61,393 nucleotides of DNA, filler included, from Basidiobolus ranarum (GCA_040143965.1; 19 parts of 19 records of this genome joined end to end with filler, not necessarily neighbours in it), one strand, 5' to 3'; shown: positions 1-13,685, counted from the whole stretch's first letter. Translations and numbers: made by a program. The notes: a model not told the origin generated them from the letters alone.

Positions 1-2720
1 AAAAATTTTCAGGAGAATATATCAAAGAGACTAGGGATTTTGAAGGTAACCAATTAGTGTTCAAGTGGTAATTGTGTAAAATTTGAGTTACGTTTTTTGC
101 ACATGTATTGATTCATAGTTCTCTGAGATTGCAGCCAATCATGTGCAACTATTTTGCAAGATCTTGAAATTTCACTCCTGAGACTGAAAAAATTGATTAA
201 AATCAAATCTAACTTGACAATTTTATGATGGTAAGTAAACAGTCCATCCAAAATGGATTAAAATTGTGATGGTTTTCCTACAATGACAATCCTCAAATTT
301 CTATTAGGGCATCTACTTGTGGCAGGACATTTGTTGACTGCAAGTTGGGGATATATTGGCTGAATTCTTTATGGAAATTTGCCAAAATCCAAGAGCTTAT
401 TCTCATTTTGAATGGTAACAAGAGTCAGCTATTTGCCAAGTGTCAGTGCCATTCAAAATTTCAGATATTTAGCAATTTTTGCACCATTAGTTTACTGGTA
501 AAGCATATGGATGTGGTTGAGTTATGTCCAATCAGCCAAGTATGTGCATATATAGAAACCACACACAACAAGAATCTTGTATTTTTTGATTCTCTTTATT
601 GCTAGAATACAAAGGCTAAAGTATATAAATAAAGGCATGCATATTAATTCAAATTCCTACAGCGGTAAACCCAGTAATTTGCCATTCAAAAATTTTTTTT
701 GCAAAAATTGCTGAATATTGAATAATGCATGCCAAATTTGAGGGTCAATATTATAACATGTATGAATACTGTCAAAATACCATCAAGAAACCATTGTAAC
801 ACCATCAAAATCCCTGGCAGAATGCAAGCCACCAATATTGTGATGGTTCTCTGACAGTTTTGCTATTTTGGAGGGTGGATCTGGTCTAGATCATATTGAT
901 TTTGTTTTTGTTAGGGGTTCAGGGCTAATTTCAAGACTTTGAATTATACCAGAGAGCCATGAGTGTTATTTGCTAGTGTTTTACCTTGTTGAGAGGTACC
1001 AGGTGCTGGATAAACTTACACCCTTTGCACTATTGAAACTGGTGTATTTGGTGGCATGGTAATATTAAGCCTTTCTGCAGTATATCTATTGGTATATCCA
1101 ACTCTGGAGAAACAGATCTTTGTAATGGTGTGAAGAATTTTATCAGTAGGACAGTTCAGCCCAAACTCACTTGCTCCTTTGCTTTTCCCTTGGTTTACTA
1201 ACTTCTTGCTCCTTAACTACATCTTATCTGCTTTTCCTTCTTAGCCAAATCAATAATTACATACATTTTTGTTATGTTTCAAGAATAGGTCTGTACTAGC
1301 CCAATTGCCATTTGCTTACAAGAACCTAGGATAAGCCATATGAAATAAGTCAACAGTCTTTTGAGTAATGCCTAGTCTTTGATTATTCCATGATTGGCTG
1401 AAATCATGTTGATTTTGGGCAAGATTCTGCAAAGTTTCCAAAATGTTAAACCATTCATCATCAGGGAAAGTGACAGTGGCTCTAAAATTAACTCTTTTAT
1501 GGTTTTCTGCTTTTCTTGTGAGATTTCTACTTCCATGTGCCTAAGCAATTTGGGTTGTTCTGTAGGCCTAATGGTCTGAGACATATTCTTCTCTGTAATG
1601 TTCTCACAGTGATATTTGCATGTATGGTGTGGAATTGATTGAAATCTTGTATGAGAATGGATGGAGGGAGCAGCATATTGCTGTAGCTCAAGTACAGCAT
1701 TCTGAAGGTCTTGTATCATTGTTGAGTGACTCTCTAACTGTTGACTAGTTGCTTCCTAATGCTGTATTAATTGCAATATTGTGGTGTTATTACTTGTCAT
1801 GCCTGTATAGCAACTTCATAGTCTTTACTTATGATTGCATACAAATCATTATGGTGTTCTGCCTGCAATTCCGTTGTTGTAATGATTCAATCCAAATTAC
1901 CTACAATTTTGGGCCGTTGTGTAGGCTTAATAGTCAAACACATATTCTGCTCTGCTAGATTGTCATGATGACATTCATATGTATGGTGTGGGATTGATTG
2001 AAATCCTGCATGAGAATGGATGGAGGGAGCAGCTTATTGCTGTAGATCAAGTACAGCATTCTGAAGGTCTTGTATCAGTGTTTAGTGACTCTCTAACTGT
2101 TGACTAGTTGCTTCCAAACACTGCATTAATTGCAACATTGCGGCATTATTGCTTGTCATGGCCCTTATAGCAACTTCATAGTTTTTACTTATGATTGCAT
2201 GCAAATCATTATGGTGTTCTGCCTGCAATTCCCTTGTTGTAATAATTCTATCCAAATTATCTACAGAGGGTTGTTCAAAAGTGGGCATAGTAGCCATTTT
2301 AGAAGTTGATGGTCTTGATGGTGTTTTGGTTCAACTTTGCTCAACTATTGATTTACTACCTAAATGGGGATTTACAATCTCTTCAATTGCAGTATTGCCA
2401 AAAAGGAGCATATCCGGTAAATTAATTAATGGTTCATCTTACTTGAGTTAGTCCCTGGCATCTTAATGCCTTCCAAAGTGTACATTGAATTGCTGGACAG
2501 CTTGTGAATTAGGTCATGTGTTCTTGCTGGTTTTTTTCCTTTTCTGCCTGCAGGCTTTTGCATGAAAGCCAATTTTGATTTTGATTTCAAATGCTTTTTT
2601 GATGGCATTGAAATTTGCAGATGGTAAACTTGGTGTATTTAAATTGCTTAGAAACAACCTAAAACAAACTGATATTAGCACCCATTACTGGAAATATCTG
2701 GTAAATTCCCTAATGACTCA
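1..2720. mobile_element. Degenerate repeat family, probably a TIR DNA transposon with CCCTAACA termini
   Basis: 1-309 is similar to 13110-13414 and inverse to 3063-3148 and 14960 onward. 654-916 is similar to 13421-13685. Homology ends sharply at ...TTAGGG/CCCTAACA. Internal 1160-1560 is similar to 15690-16120. Only broken ORFs remain. Confidence 0.6.
1620..2265. repeat. Diverged ~359-bp direct duplication inside the repeat
   Basis: tgtatggtgtggaattgattgaaatc at ~1621 recurs at ~1980 and similarity continues for ~290 bp. Confidence 0.85.
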
Positions 2721-3062
2721 TCTGTCACAACATCTCAGATTTGGCTGATCATATTGATGGGATATACCAAAAATAGCACCCTTATGTAGTGTCATGGTTT
2801 GCTCCTCTGATGGAAAATCAATCTCCACTTCTTTGCAACTTCCTTGCCTTCCTTGTTGAGCTGGAAGCCACATTAGGAAATGCTGACAAGGAAAGAACTT
2901 CATTAACCAAGCATTGTGCACTTAAACAAGGGTGAAATCATGCATCAGCATATGCTGGAAAATTTTGCCTTCTGGGCTGTGATCTCAATTGGGAAAGCTT
3001 AGCCCTGAGGAGAAAAATCAATGCTAATAAGAGAATCTATATCTGTATTGTCAAGCTCCTCA

Positions 3063-3148
3063 CCCTAACAGAAATTTGAGGATTGTTATTGTAGGAAAAC
3101 CATGACAATTTTAATCCATTTGGGATTGACCATTTACTTACCGTCATA
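3063..3148 (+). mobile_element. Terminus of the CCCTAACAG repeat family
   Basis: CCCTAACAGAAATTTGAGGATTG... is the reverse complement of 225-309. Confidence 0.7.
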
Positions 3149-3248
3149 NNNNNNNNNNNNNNNNNNNNNNNNNNNNNNNNNNNNNNNNNNNNTTAATTAA
3201 TTAANNNNNNNNNNNNNNNNNNNNNNNNNNNNNNNNNNNNNNNNNNNN
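3149..3248. other. Artificial contig-joining spacer (N44-TTAATTAATTAA-N44); recurs about every 3.2 kb
   Basis: The same N-run/TTAATTAATTAA/N-run linker (stops in all six frames) recurs at ~6397, 9641, 12884, 16127, 19369, 22609, 25848, 29085, 32322, 35558, 38792, 42025, 45257, 48489, 51718, 54946 and 58171; genes are cut abruptly at these points. Confidence 0.97.
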
Positions 3249-4822
3249 AGGGTATCATACTTTTCGGGGAGTGCAGACACAAATTCATGGGCATTAGCTT
3301 GCCTGCTAGCTAGTTCCACTTCATCGCTGGTAGGAATTACTTCATCACTTTTACTACCCCATAGAATGTTTTGGAAGATACTTGCACCGAATAGAATAGG
3401 CTCTTGGCCTACAAGGCCAATATTTCTGCGCAAATCCTTTACATTGAGCTCCTTAATATCAATTCCGTCGATTAGAACTGAGCCCTCGATAGGGTCGTAA
3501 AAGCGCTCGAGCAGCTGTATACAGGTGCTCTTACCACTTCCGCTGGATCCAACAAGGGCAACAGTTTGACCAGGCTTGACTTCCAGATTAAAGCCTTTAA
3601 GTATAGGAACATCTGGTCGACTAGGATAAGAAAAACTAACATTGCGGAACTCGATGAAGCCCTGTGGAGAGCGTTCACCATCCTTTTCAGAGTTAGAATT
3701 CTTAAAACGTTTGCCTTCATCTGATGAGGGATCTATTTTAGATTTGCGCTCAATGATTTCATAAACTTTGGCAGCAGCACCTCTAGCGGAGCTTATTGAG
3801 CTCACATACGGGGAGGCAGTACCAAGAGACATAGCTCCTAGCACTAGAGAGAAAAAGACATTCAAGACTTGGTCTGGTTGCATTGTTCTATCCAATATCA
3901 ATCGTGATCCGTACCAAAAACCAAGAGCGTAAGTAAAGAAAATAACTAAGATCATCAGACCTACACCAATTCCTTCGAATATACCCTTCTTGATGCCGGC
4001 ACTTGTGGCTAGATCAAGTTTGGAGTTATATCGTAGTATTTCCCTTTTTTGACCACCAAAAGCACTAACAGTTTTAATAGAAGACAAAACCTCTTCGGCA
4101 ACACCACCGGCACTAGCATATGCACCTTGCCCATTGGAGGTGTTTGTAGTTACGAATCGAGCCATCAGTGCACCAACTGCGGCCAGCAGTGGCAGAGCAG
4201 CAAGGAGAACAAGAGCCATTTTCCAACCTTTCACAAAGGCTAATACGAAACCACCAATAAAAGTGACAAGATGCTGAACAAACAGACCAACCTTTTGCGA
4301 GATTCCTTCTTGTATCACCGTGACATCACCAGAGATACGACTGGTAAGATCTCCGCTGGAGACAAAATCAAACCAACTGATTTCTTGACGTAAGATAGCT
4401 GCATAGTAGAATTGACGAATACGCAAACACTGACGCTCGCCAGTGATGATCCATAATGAAGTTTGACCATAGGAAAGAATGAACATTGCTACTCCTATGA
4501 TGATAAAGTAAACCGCATATTGAGTTACAAACTCATCTAACTTGTTCTTGGCTGCTTGCTCTCCCATGATCCGCACATCCTCAGAATAGTTAACTAAACC
4601 TCCTATCATATTAGAAAAGACTATAGTCATTACTGGTAGCATTGCACCAGTTGCCATACTACAGACAAAGGCTATGAATACCAGAAACCGATCAACGGGA
4701 GTGGAGTATCGAAATAGCTGGAAAAATCCTACACTTCGGGTGTCTTCTCCATCAATTTCATCGACATTCTCTATATGATCTTTCTTCAAAAAAGAGGACT
4801 TTCCTTCTTTTGTCTCTGACAT
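3249..4822 (-). CDS. ABCB/MDR (P-glycoprotein-like) ABC transporter, N-terminal half; 3' end truncated by gap
   Basis: Six-TM ABC membrane domain followed by an NBD with Walker A GSSGSGKS, FSYPSRP and Q-loop VGQEP; no introns in this part. Confidence 0.95.
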
Positions 4823-6263
4823 GATAATGTGGAAAGAAGAATTTGGATAACCAAGAACTTAACTGCACCACCTTTTTTATACTCTTTACCGCTACAGGAG
4901 CGATGATATTTGATATAACTCGCTCGATCTAACGAGATCTAACTAAGTTGACCGTGTCTCACCCTAGTATCGCATTCTCACTTGAGCAATCGAATGATGA
5001 TTGTCTTAGTCACTTCAGGCTGCAACTTGAATGTAGGATGTATTATACTCCTTTAATAGAAGACCAGTTTTAGTGCTTGTCGCACAGTAGTCAGCCAATT
5101 ATACAACTTACATAGCTAAGAGTAGAACCCATCGGACGTCATTGTTGGAAAGTTTAAAAGTGAATGTCAAGTAAAAGCTAGATGTATACGAAGCACGCAT
5201 CCCAATCACCCCTACCACTAGTTTTAGAAACCAACAATAGACTATAACACATAAGCGATCTAATGCAAATACTCATTAGTGGATGCGCGATACCTAGTGC
5301 ATAATGCGTTGTAATTGTTCTATATATCTGCATTCCTGACCTGAATTTCAGATTTAACATTGTGCGCAGATCCAGCACAATAAATCAATATGTAAAATCA
5401 AAGCATTTTATTCAATCCATGGTCCACAGCAGATGTAAGGAATTTCATTGTACTCACAGCCCGAGCTTTTCCAAGCTATCTAGGTATAACACTATCATTT
5501 AGTTAGTAGTGGCACATCACCATCAATCAGTAAAAGTAACGTTTACTTGCTGAGATTTAGTTTCGAGTTGGATCAATATACTCTAACCCTGGACTGCTTA
5601 ATGTCATGCCTTCTGTAGGTATATGTACTCCATCAAATTGAGAATGATGATCGTGCTGGGTTGAGTTTGGTCCAAATCATCAGATATGCATATGTTTCTA
5701 TTGCATGTGCCGGATCGTGATACCATAATAAAATCACAAACCTACACAAATAAAGGGACTAAGAATAGGGGGGCAGGAGTTAAGTTTTAGTAAAGGATAC
5801 TGGAATAGATAATCAACATTATACTCATCAATCACTAGAGTTTCACAAATTCCTCCTGTTAGTTAGCTAATACGTTGACACTAGTTCATGGTTTTTCAGT
5901 GTTGATCTCGAGTGGATGCTTAATAGTTGTTCAAATGTAGGATTAGGTTTTCAGTAACTTTATTGAGTGACATTTGTACAATGTGATCTTTCAGGCAATC
6001 AAAGAGGCTTGAAAAAAGTTTGTGATTGACATAGTGCATTATCTCAAGTACACTGGAACTATATTCTGTTTGGCAACATTTCACAGTGTTGCCAAATAAC
6101 AGAACAGCTTCATGTTTTTATAGTATTTTAGTAGATGTCTATAGCCTTTTGATTGGCACATAGAGCTTCACTGTTCAGCAACAATATACATGGATTTTGA
6201 TATGATAACTTTTATATTAGTGAAACTATGCTTTGGTTTCCTGGTTCAGCCTTAGTAATTGTT

Positions 6264-6396
6264 GTTGAAATTAGCATTGCCTAAACACCTATATAGTCAT
6301 ATATAGCTTAGTACTTAGTTATCTTATATTGAACTAAGATATTATCCATTATTCTCATAAGGAATTTACTTAGAAGTTTGAAGATATATAGATTTT
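6264..6396 (+). mobile_element. Copia-type LTR fragment (TGTTGAAATTAGCATTGCCTAAACACC family)
   Basis: Same 5' sequence at ~44030, 54817 and 61063; starts with TG. Confidence 0.75.
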
Positions 6397-6496
6397 NNNN
6401 NNNNNNNNNNNNNNNNNNNNNNNNNNNNNNNNNNNNNNNNTTAATTAATTAANNNNNNNNNNNNNNNNNNNNNNNNNNNNNNNNNNNNNNNNNNNN

Positions 6497-6993
6497 ATTT
6501 CAAACCTAAGGAATTGCCCCATCCCAGCAAAACCGACCAAAACGACAATGATAGCAGCCACTGTGCGATTACTACCGTACAGTGGTTTACCACCTGCATA
6601 CCCGGCAGTTTGTTGACCATAAACTCTAGCGTCGTAACCCCACCTTGGGTTTTGTGCTTTAGCATGTTGTCTCCAATGCATAGTGTTATTGACGAAATGG
6701 TTGTAATAAACTTTTCCGTCGTCATAATATTTACGTTGCTGTGGATCAGATAGGATACCGTAAGCATTTTTGATTTGTAAAAAGCGTTCACTACTATCTT
6801 TGGTTTTACCAGCGATATCTGGATGAAAACGTTTACATAAATGTATATATCTACTACGAATCTCCTTAGCAGTCGCTCTTTCGTCAACCCCCAAGACCTG
6901 ATAATGAGTGATACTGGTATTAGATACAGTACTCATGAAGCGCTTCCCAACGTTAGCAACATTTTTTCTACATAGTGGCAAAGGATAAATCAT
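6497..6993 (-). CDS. J-domain (DnaJ) protein, probably mitochondrial, with a C-terminal TM segment; 3' end truncated
   Basis: HYQVLGV...RFHPD (HPD motif)...FLQIKNAYGILSDP..R..YD; basic N-terminal leader; hydrophobic VAAIIVVLVGFAG. Confidence 0.9.
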
Positions 6994-7381
6994 ACTAGTA
7001 GGTTTGTAGAGAGTTAAAGTAAAAGATGAGAATAATCAAACATATGTCATGCTTGAACGCATAATTGAGCACGTTGAAGAAGTCACGAGCTCATCATCAC
7101 TTTACATTAGCCGGTTCAAGGAGGGAGGGATAAACATCGAGGATGTGCTATTGGGCACGTTCGGCAATACTGTATATCAATCAGATCGGATTAAGTATTG
7201 GATTTATCCTAGTGTAATTAAATGCACTTTATTTAAAATTTATTAACTCGATTGCTGGTCTTTTTCAAAATTGATTGACTTCGGTTTTTTTATTTGATAA
7301 CGAATCCCAAGTAATCAAATATGGGCAAAGATACCAATAGTTGCTAGTTTCTATATCCCGTATAAAACCAACAAGCTAGAT

Positions 7382-7919
7382 ATGAAAGGTGACAAACACA
7401 ACTTGAACGGAGTTCCAATTTTGGTGACGGAAAATGTGGACGAATACAGAAAATTAATGAGAGAAAATTTGCAAGCTGAAGATGTGGTTTTAGAGTTAGG
7501 TTCTGCACAGGGAGTAAGTGCCTCAATTATGAGCCAATACTGTAAAGAGGTGAATATTTTTTTTCGTTGCTATACTGAGAGTGTTAACTAGGTACTAAAG
7601 TAAATTAACTGCATGATTCTTCGCTTAGGTCGTTGGAGTTGATAAATCCTTACTTCAACACGCAGCTGCAGTGGAGCGATTCCCCACTTCAGAATATCCA
7701 AATTTGACGTACGTTGTGTTGGATGCTTTTGATGTCTCGGGAGTTCGTAAACTTGGCAAGGAATTCAACAAGATTTTCATTGATATTTCTGGGAATAGAT
7801 GTATAGGAGACATTGCCGAGATCTTAGAGAGATATGAAAAAGTTTTTCAACCTGAACTTTTCGTCGTAAAATGTTTCCCTCTTAAAAGACTCATGAATCA
7901 ATGCACACCTTATCCTTAG
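7382..7919 (+). CDS. Small class I SAM-dependent methyltransferase-like protein (exons 7382-7549 and 7629-7919)
   Basis: Motif I VVLELGSAQG. A GT..AG intron at 7550-7628 splices in frame to VVGVDKS, followed by LDAFD and IFIDISG. Start codon uncertain. Confidence 0.75.
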
Positions 7920-8169
7920 TAACTATATGAATTCATCCTCTCAACTCAATTGAAATAATAGAGAGTGTATACTTTGACATACCACTTCGCCAAGAAGTTG
8001 GCAATATAGAATTAAAGCACACCTAGATACCGAAGTTGCTTTGGAAAGGATCGTATAGCCTCTGACTTTCATTTCTTTATTATCACGGTGCAGTCAAAGA
8101 TGCTCTTTAGTCATGGATGATATATTGTTGATATGGGTATTAAGATGAAATATATGATTGATTATACGC

Positions 8170-9640
8170 TTATAATTCTTCCACCCCAACTTCGAAGATG
8201 GTTTGCATTCCTTGAATCATATGTGAAGTGAGATGGCAATGGAATAGCCACGCCCCAGGGTTATCGGCAACAAACCTGAAAACACGGAAACCACAAGGTT
8301 TACCATAGTCACCGGTGTCTGATTGACCATAGACGTTTACCACATCCCTGAACAACGGATTTGTAATTTGTTGAACAGCAAGACCGTCAATCTCTGGGTT
8401 ATATTTGCCATAGCCCCCTCCAAGATCATAAATTGAGTGACCATGCAGATGAAAAGGATGACTTATACAAGCCCTACTTTCATTCATGTAAGTGTTTTGA
8501 AGCACCACCTGGATAACTTCCCCAAGGCGGATAGGGTAGGTTTCTCTCGTCGCATCGTATCCTCCATTAGCAATAGCAATTTCATAGTCTGGTTGAGTTG
8601 ATCTCTTTCCACTGTAGAGGGCCTGTAGCATATTCCCCTTGGATATTTCATGGGATATACCGTTCAAATAGGATATCTCCTCTGTTTCACGGATTTCAAT
8701 CAGAATCTCTCGATCAAATTCCTTAGGATATGCTATTTCACTATGCGTAGGGAATCCTGGTAGTGGCTTGAAGAGCTCAAATTCCTCTAAAAATGACAAT
8801 CTGCGGACTATAGGTGCCGTTACCACAGGGTTCACGGCTTTGGTATCAGGTACAGAGGCATCTGAATAATGTAGAATTCCCAGGCCATTATTCAAGGCTG
8901 GAGCTGGCTCCATGATTTCCGATTTTAGATAGAAATTCCCAGGTTGTTGATCAGTGTGAACTAATGCGGAGTATCTTTGTCCGGGAGAGATTTGTAAATG
9001 ATTGACCGTTTTATGAGCCAAGTATGAGCCATCTGCTTCAATAATTGTCAATGGATGACTTTCAATAGCGAAGGAAAGGTGGCGATTTAGTGAGGAATTG
9101 ATGATACGGAATCTATAGGTTTTACCAGGATCTACAGTCAATACTTCTCTTTCACAGGTGTCATCACATTTCACATTTGGTTGAGTGCAATTCCACTGAG
9201 CGTAGGTCTTTCCATTGATTATCAGGGAGTCAGGGTTACCAATGGGTATCGGAGTAGGAATTCCCAGCAATCCGTTGACGATCTCATCATCAGACCTATG
9301 GAAGACATCTCCCAGCATTACGATTCTTTCTTCATCATAGTCATATGGTGTACTAGCCTCGTCTGATTCATGAATAATAAGAGCTCCGTAGGCGGTTGAA
9401 GCTGCGGCACCAGTGTGGGCGTGATAAAAGTAGGTGCCTACTTGATTCCCGACATTCATGACATAATGATATCTACTACCAGGGGCGATGGGAAGTTGAG
9501 TCACGTGCGGTACACCGTCAGAAAATGGAGTTCCTTGTTGAGTGATGCCATGGAAATGTAGAGTAAAATCAGATTCTTTCATTGAATTCTTCACGTTAAC
9601 GATCAGTTGATCTCCGGCGTTTACATGAATCTCTGGACCA
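8170..9640 (-). CDS. Multicopper oxidase (laccase/ascorbate-oxidase family); 5' end truncated
   Basis: All four copper motifs are present: HFHG, YFYHAH, HPFHLHGH, HCHLTSHMIQGM (Met axial ligand). The frame stays open to the gap (GPEIHVNAGDQLIVNV). Confidence 0.96.
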
Positions 9641-9979
9641 NNNNNNNNNNNNNNNNNNNNNNNNNNNNNNNNNNNNNNNNNNNNTTAATTAATTAANNNN
9701 NNNNNNNNNNNNNNNNNNNNNNNNNNNNNNNNNNNNNNNNCTTTGTATTGATCCTTCAGTAATTAAACTACCTTCATGTCCAAATGGTTGTTTGGCTTTC
9801 ACCAGTGATCTGAAAAACCTGAAATCATGTACTGTTTGCATACAATTGGCAATCACCATATCAGGTATATATTGTTCATATTTGGCTTACATACCATTGA
9901 TTCCCTGTCTTATAGTTTTGATGAAATCACTCAAATATAGATCATTGATCCAATACCAAAGTACTCACCATAATCTATA

Positions 9980-12620
9980 GACTGAGGTCTGATCAAGGAA
10001 TACATGGGCTTATATAGATATTGCGAGGTGAAACATAAAGTAACAAATAGAGAATATACCATGGTAAGTTCAAAAGTTGGGGTGTTGGGGACTACAAGGA
10101 TCAATACAAAGAGGGATGATGTAAGGATGATCAGGTGACCTTCAATGGAAGGTCTTGGTGGAAGTACACTATGTGTGGGATGACATGATTAGTTAGGTTT
10201 CATGGCATGTTCTAAAGAACATGACTTCCATATGAGGTAATCTGGATGAACTAACACAAGATTGCCAAGAAGGGATGGCACAGCAGATATGATGTCATAG
10301 TCTAATATTATAAGAGTTTTATTTGCAGTGGATCAGCATGCCAAGATCAGAACCATGAAGTGACCCCTTCTTTAGTGATGGCTTCCAGACATTATAGCAC
10401 CAGGTTTCTCTGGGTAGGCTTCATGAAACTCCTGGCAAAGTTCCTTGGAATTGGAAAGATTTCTTGCTGGCTCCCATGATTGATCATTTGTTTAGTGTCC
10501 CTTCAAGTCCACTAAATATTGCAATTTATGTCAATAAATTCTGGAATCTAGAATTTTGCTAACTTCACATTGAGGGTGTTCTTCCACTTGGATTGCTGGG
10601 GGTGGGTCAATGGATTAGCCCTGGAAGGTGTTTCTGGCATGTGGCTCTAGGAGAGACACATGTAATACAGTATGGACTTTGAAATGGGCTGGGAGTTCAA
10701 GGCAGAAACCTATGGAATTGATTGGCTTAATAATCCTAAAAGGCCTTGGTCTTTTATGATCAAGTTTATCAAAAGGTCTAGTGGTTTTGATATTTTTCTG
10801 CAATAGCCAAACATAATCTCCTGGCTTGATAACTGGGTTAGGCTTTCTTTTCGTATCAGCAAAGTCCTTGTGTTGTGATTGAGCATGCTCCAACTCATAT
10901 GTTAATTGTTTATAGATGTCCTTAAGGAAAGTCACATGGTCTGAGGCAGCAGGGTAAGATAGATTGGATAATGGGTGAATTGTGAAACAAGGATGGAATT
11001 CTTAGTTTGCAAAGAAAGGAGTTTGTTTTGTTGAGTTGTGATAAGGGTTGTCATTAGCAAATACAGCAAGAGGCAAGAGTTGTGTCTAATTAGTTGGATT
11101 ATAGTTGTTAGGGCATTGCAAAGTTTGTTCCAAAACTTGATTGACTCATTCTGTTTGGCCATCAGATTGGGGATGGAAGGCAGTGGAGAGATTGTCAGAG
11201 ATACCTAAGGTGTGAAGAAGATGTTTCCAGAATTGCATCAATTGACTTAATGCAAGGCACAAAGTAGGCCTTCTTTGTTAGATGGTTAAAAATTACCAGA
11301 TTTGAATCATATTTGGTAGACAAGGGTAGATCAGTTATGAAATTCAGGGATATGGAATTTAACTGCTGATCAGGAAATAGAAGTGGCTATAGGTGGCCAT
11401 AGGGCTGATGTCTTGGAGCCTTCACTTGAGCACAAGTATCATAGGTGGAAAAATAAGTCTTTGCAAATGCAAATATTTTGGGCAAACAATAATTCCTGGA
11501 TGCCAACATATATGATTTGGCAACACCAAAGTGTCCTGCCAGTGGTGAGTCATGTCTTTCCTGCATCTTTTTGAGTCTGGAAGTGTGGTCTGAAATGTAA
11601 AGGTCCTTCTTATACAATAAGAGATCATTTATCATAGAGAAACAGCAGTACATATTCAAGCTTGAGAGGCCTTTGGGTGTTTCCTGGCTTTCTTGATTGA
11701 TATTACCAATGGGTCTTCATATTCAAGTTTGCAGATGTCTTCATGGAATGTGCTTGAACTAGGTAGAAAAGGGTAGTTGCACTAGTTTGAAGTTGGTGAG
11801 GCTTCAGTAAGGAAGTATTTTGTTGGCCAAAGGCCTCATCCCCCTCTTTAGGCTGATATTCTGCTCTACATGATTAGTCATCAGGTTTACCTTGCTGACA
11901 ACCTGGTCAATATAAAATCACCAAATCAAAACTGGCAAGAAATAACAACTATCTTGGTTGATGCCAGTTGAGGACTTTGGTTGTGCTAATATACTGAAGA
12001 TTCATATAAACACAACAAACTGTGATATTGCAATTTGCTCCATCCAAGTATTGTTGCCATTGTTCAAATGCAGCAATAATAGCTAATAGTTCCTTGTCAT
12101 AGATGTCATAGTTGATTTCTGCTGCAGAGAATTTTCTTGAGTAAAAGGCAACAGGGAGCAGTAAGTTGTCATCATCAAACTGTGGTAGTACTGCTCCTAG
12201 AGCAAAGTTTGATGCATCAGTTTTAACAATAAATGGCTTGTCTAGCTTGGGGTGTGCAACCATTGGTGCTGAGGTAAAAGCATTCTTTAAAGTCACAAAT
12301 GCTTGTTGGCCAGATGGGTTCCAGTGGAATGGGAGTTGTTTCTTTGTAAGGTTTGTAAATGGAGCAGATGGTGTGGAGTAGTGCTTGACAAACCAATGGT
12401 AAAAGTTTGCAAATTGAAGGAACGATTGGACATCCTTCATATTCTTGGGAGTATCTCAAGACAGAACAGATTCAACCTTCTTAGGTTCTTTGGAGATGCC
12501 TGATGGGCTGATGTTATATCCAAGGAATTCAACAGAAGCTTGATCAAATTCACATTTCTCAAGTTTGGCATAGTGACCAGAGGTTTTCACCTTTCAAGGA
12601 CTTGGGAAACATGAATATTT
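9980..12620 (-). mobile_element. Degenerate Ty3/Gypsy chromovirus retrotransposon: end of RT, RNase H, integrase, chromodomain, 3' LTR
   Basis: KTDASNFALGAVL and NYDIYDKELLAI (RNase H); HDSPLAGHFG (integrase zinc finger); VHTVLHVSLLEP; SWEPARNL chromodomain near 10470; polypurine tract at ~10364-10374; many stops and frameshifts. Confidence 0.93.
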
Positions 12621-12780
12621 GTTGAAGTTTATTGTCTTTATCATATTTGTTACCTCTATCTTTATACACCTAACTATTTCATATATCACATATAAGTTAG
12701 TTAATATTACTTAGTCAAATCTCACAAAGCTATTCACAACTCCACTTTTCTAAAGTTCCTCTAAACAGCCCATATGTTGT
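12620..12780 (+). mobile_element. Copia-type LTR, internally deleted (TGTTGAAGTTTATTGTC family)
   Basis: Matches the LTRs at 48926 and 50207. Confidence 0.75.
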
Positions 12781-12983
12781 GTCCAAGAGAAAAGTGGATA
12801 AAAAGTCTTGAACTTTACTGAACCAAAGAAACAGTTAAGTGCAGAATCTTAGAACTGTTTAAGCAGGATATATCAGCAGAGCANNNNNNNNNNNNNNNNN
12901 NNNNNNNNNNNNNNNNNNNNNNNNNNNTTAATTAATTAANNNNNNNNNNNNNNNNNNNNNNNNNNNNNNNNNNNNNNNNNNNN

Positions 12984-13685
12984 TATCCGCCAGATAGCTG
13001 GAAGAATGTTGATTCAGCAACGTTAATACAATGGTGGGCTTTGATGGAGATATTGACACAAACTTGTGTTGGGTATGAGCTAAACCTTGGGTATTAAGAA
13101 CTCTATAAAAGTATTCTGGAGAATATATCAAAGAGACTAGAGATTTTGAAGGTGACAAATTAGCGTTCAAGTGTTAATTGTGTATAATTTGAGTTACGTT
13201 TTTTGCACATGTGCTCATCCATAGTTCTCTGAGATTTTAGCCAATCATTTGCAACTATTTTGAAAGATCTTGAAATTTTCATCCTGAAACTAAAAAAATG
13301 ATTAAAATCAAATCTAACTTGATGATTTTATGATGGTGAGTAAACGGTCAACCCCAAATGGATTAAAATTGTGATGGTTTTCCTACAATAACAATCCTCA
13401 AATTTCTGTTAGGGGATTTGAATTTCTACAAAAGTAAATCCAGTAATTTACCATTCAAAAGATATATTTTGCAGAAATTGCTGGAAATTAATAATTCATG
13501 CCAAGCATGTGGATCAATATTTCAACATATATGAATACCATTATAGCACAGTCGAGAAACTTCCATCAAACCAGCAAAATACCTGGCCAAAAGCAAGTCA
13601 CCAATATTGTGACCGTTCTCTGGCAGTTTTGTAATTTAGAAAGGTGGATACAATCCAGATCATATCCATTTTATTCTTGTTAGGG
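12984..13685. mobile_element. Two termini of the CCCTAACA repeat family
   Basis: Homologous to 1-309 (ends at 13414) and 654-916 (ends at 13685). Confidence 0.7.

Noticed and set aside
3249-9640. Biosynthetic cluster (ABC transporter, methyltransferase, oxidase)
   Set aside because: The ABC gene is on a different contig and no backbone enzyme is present.
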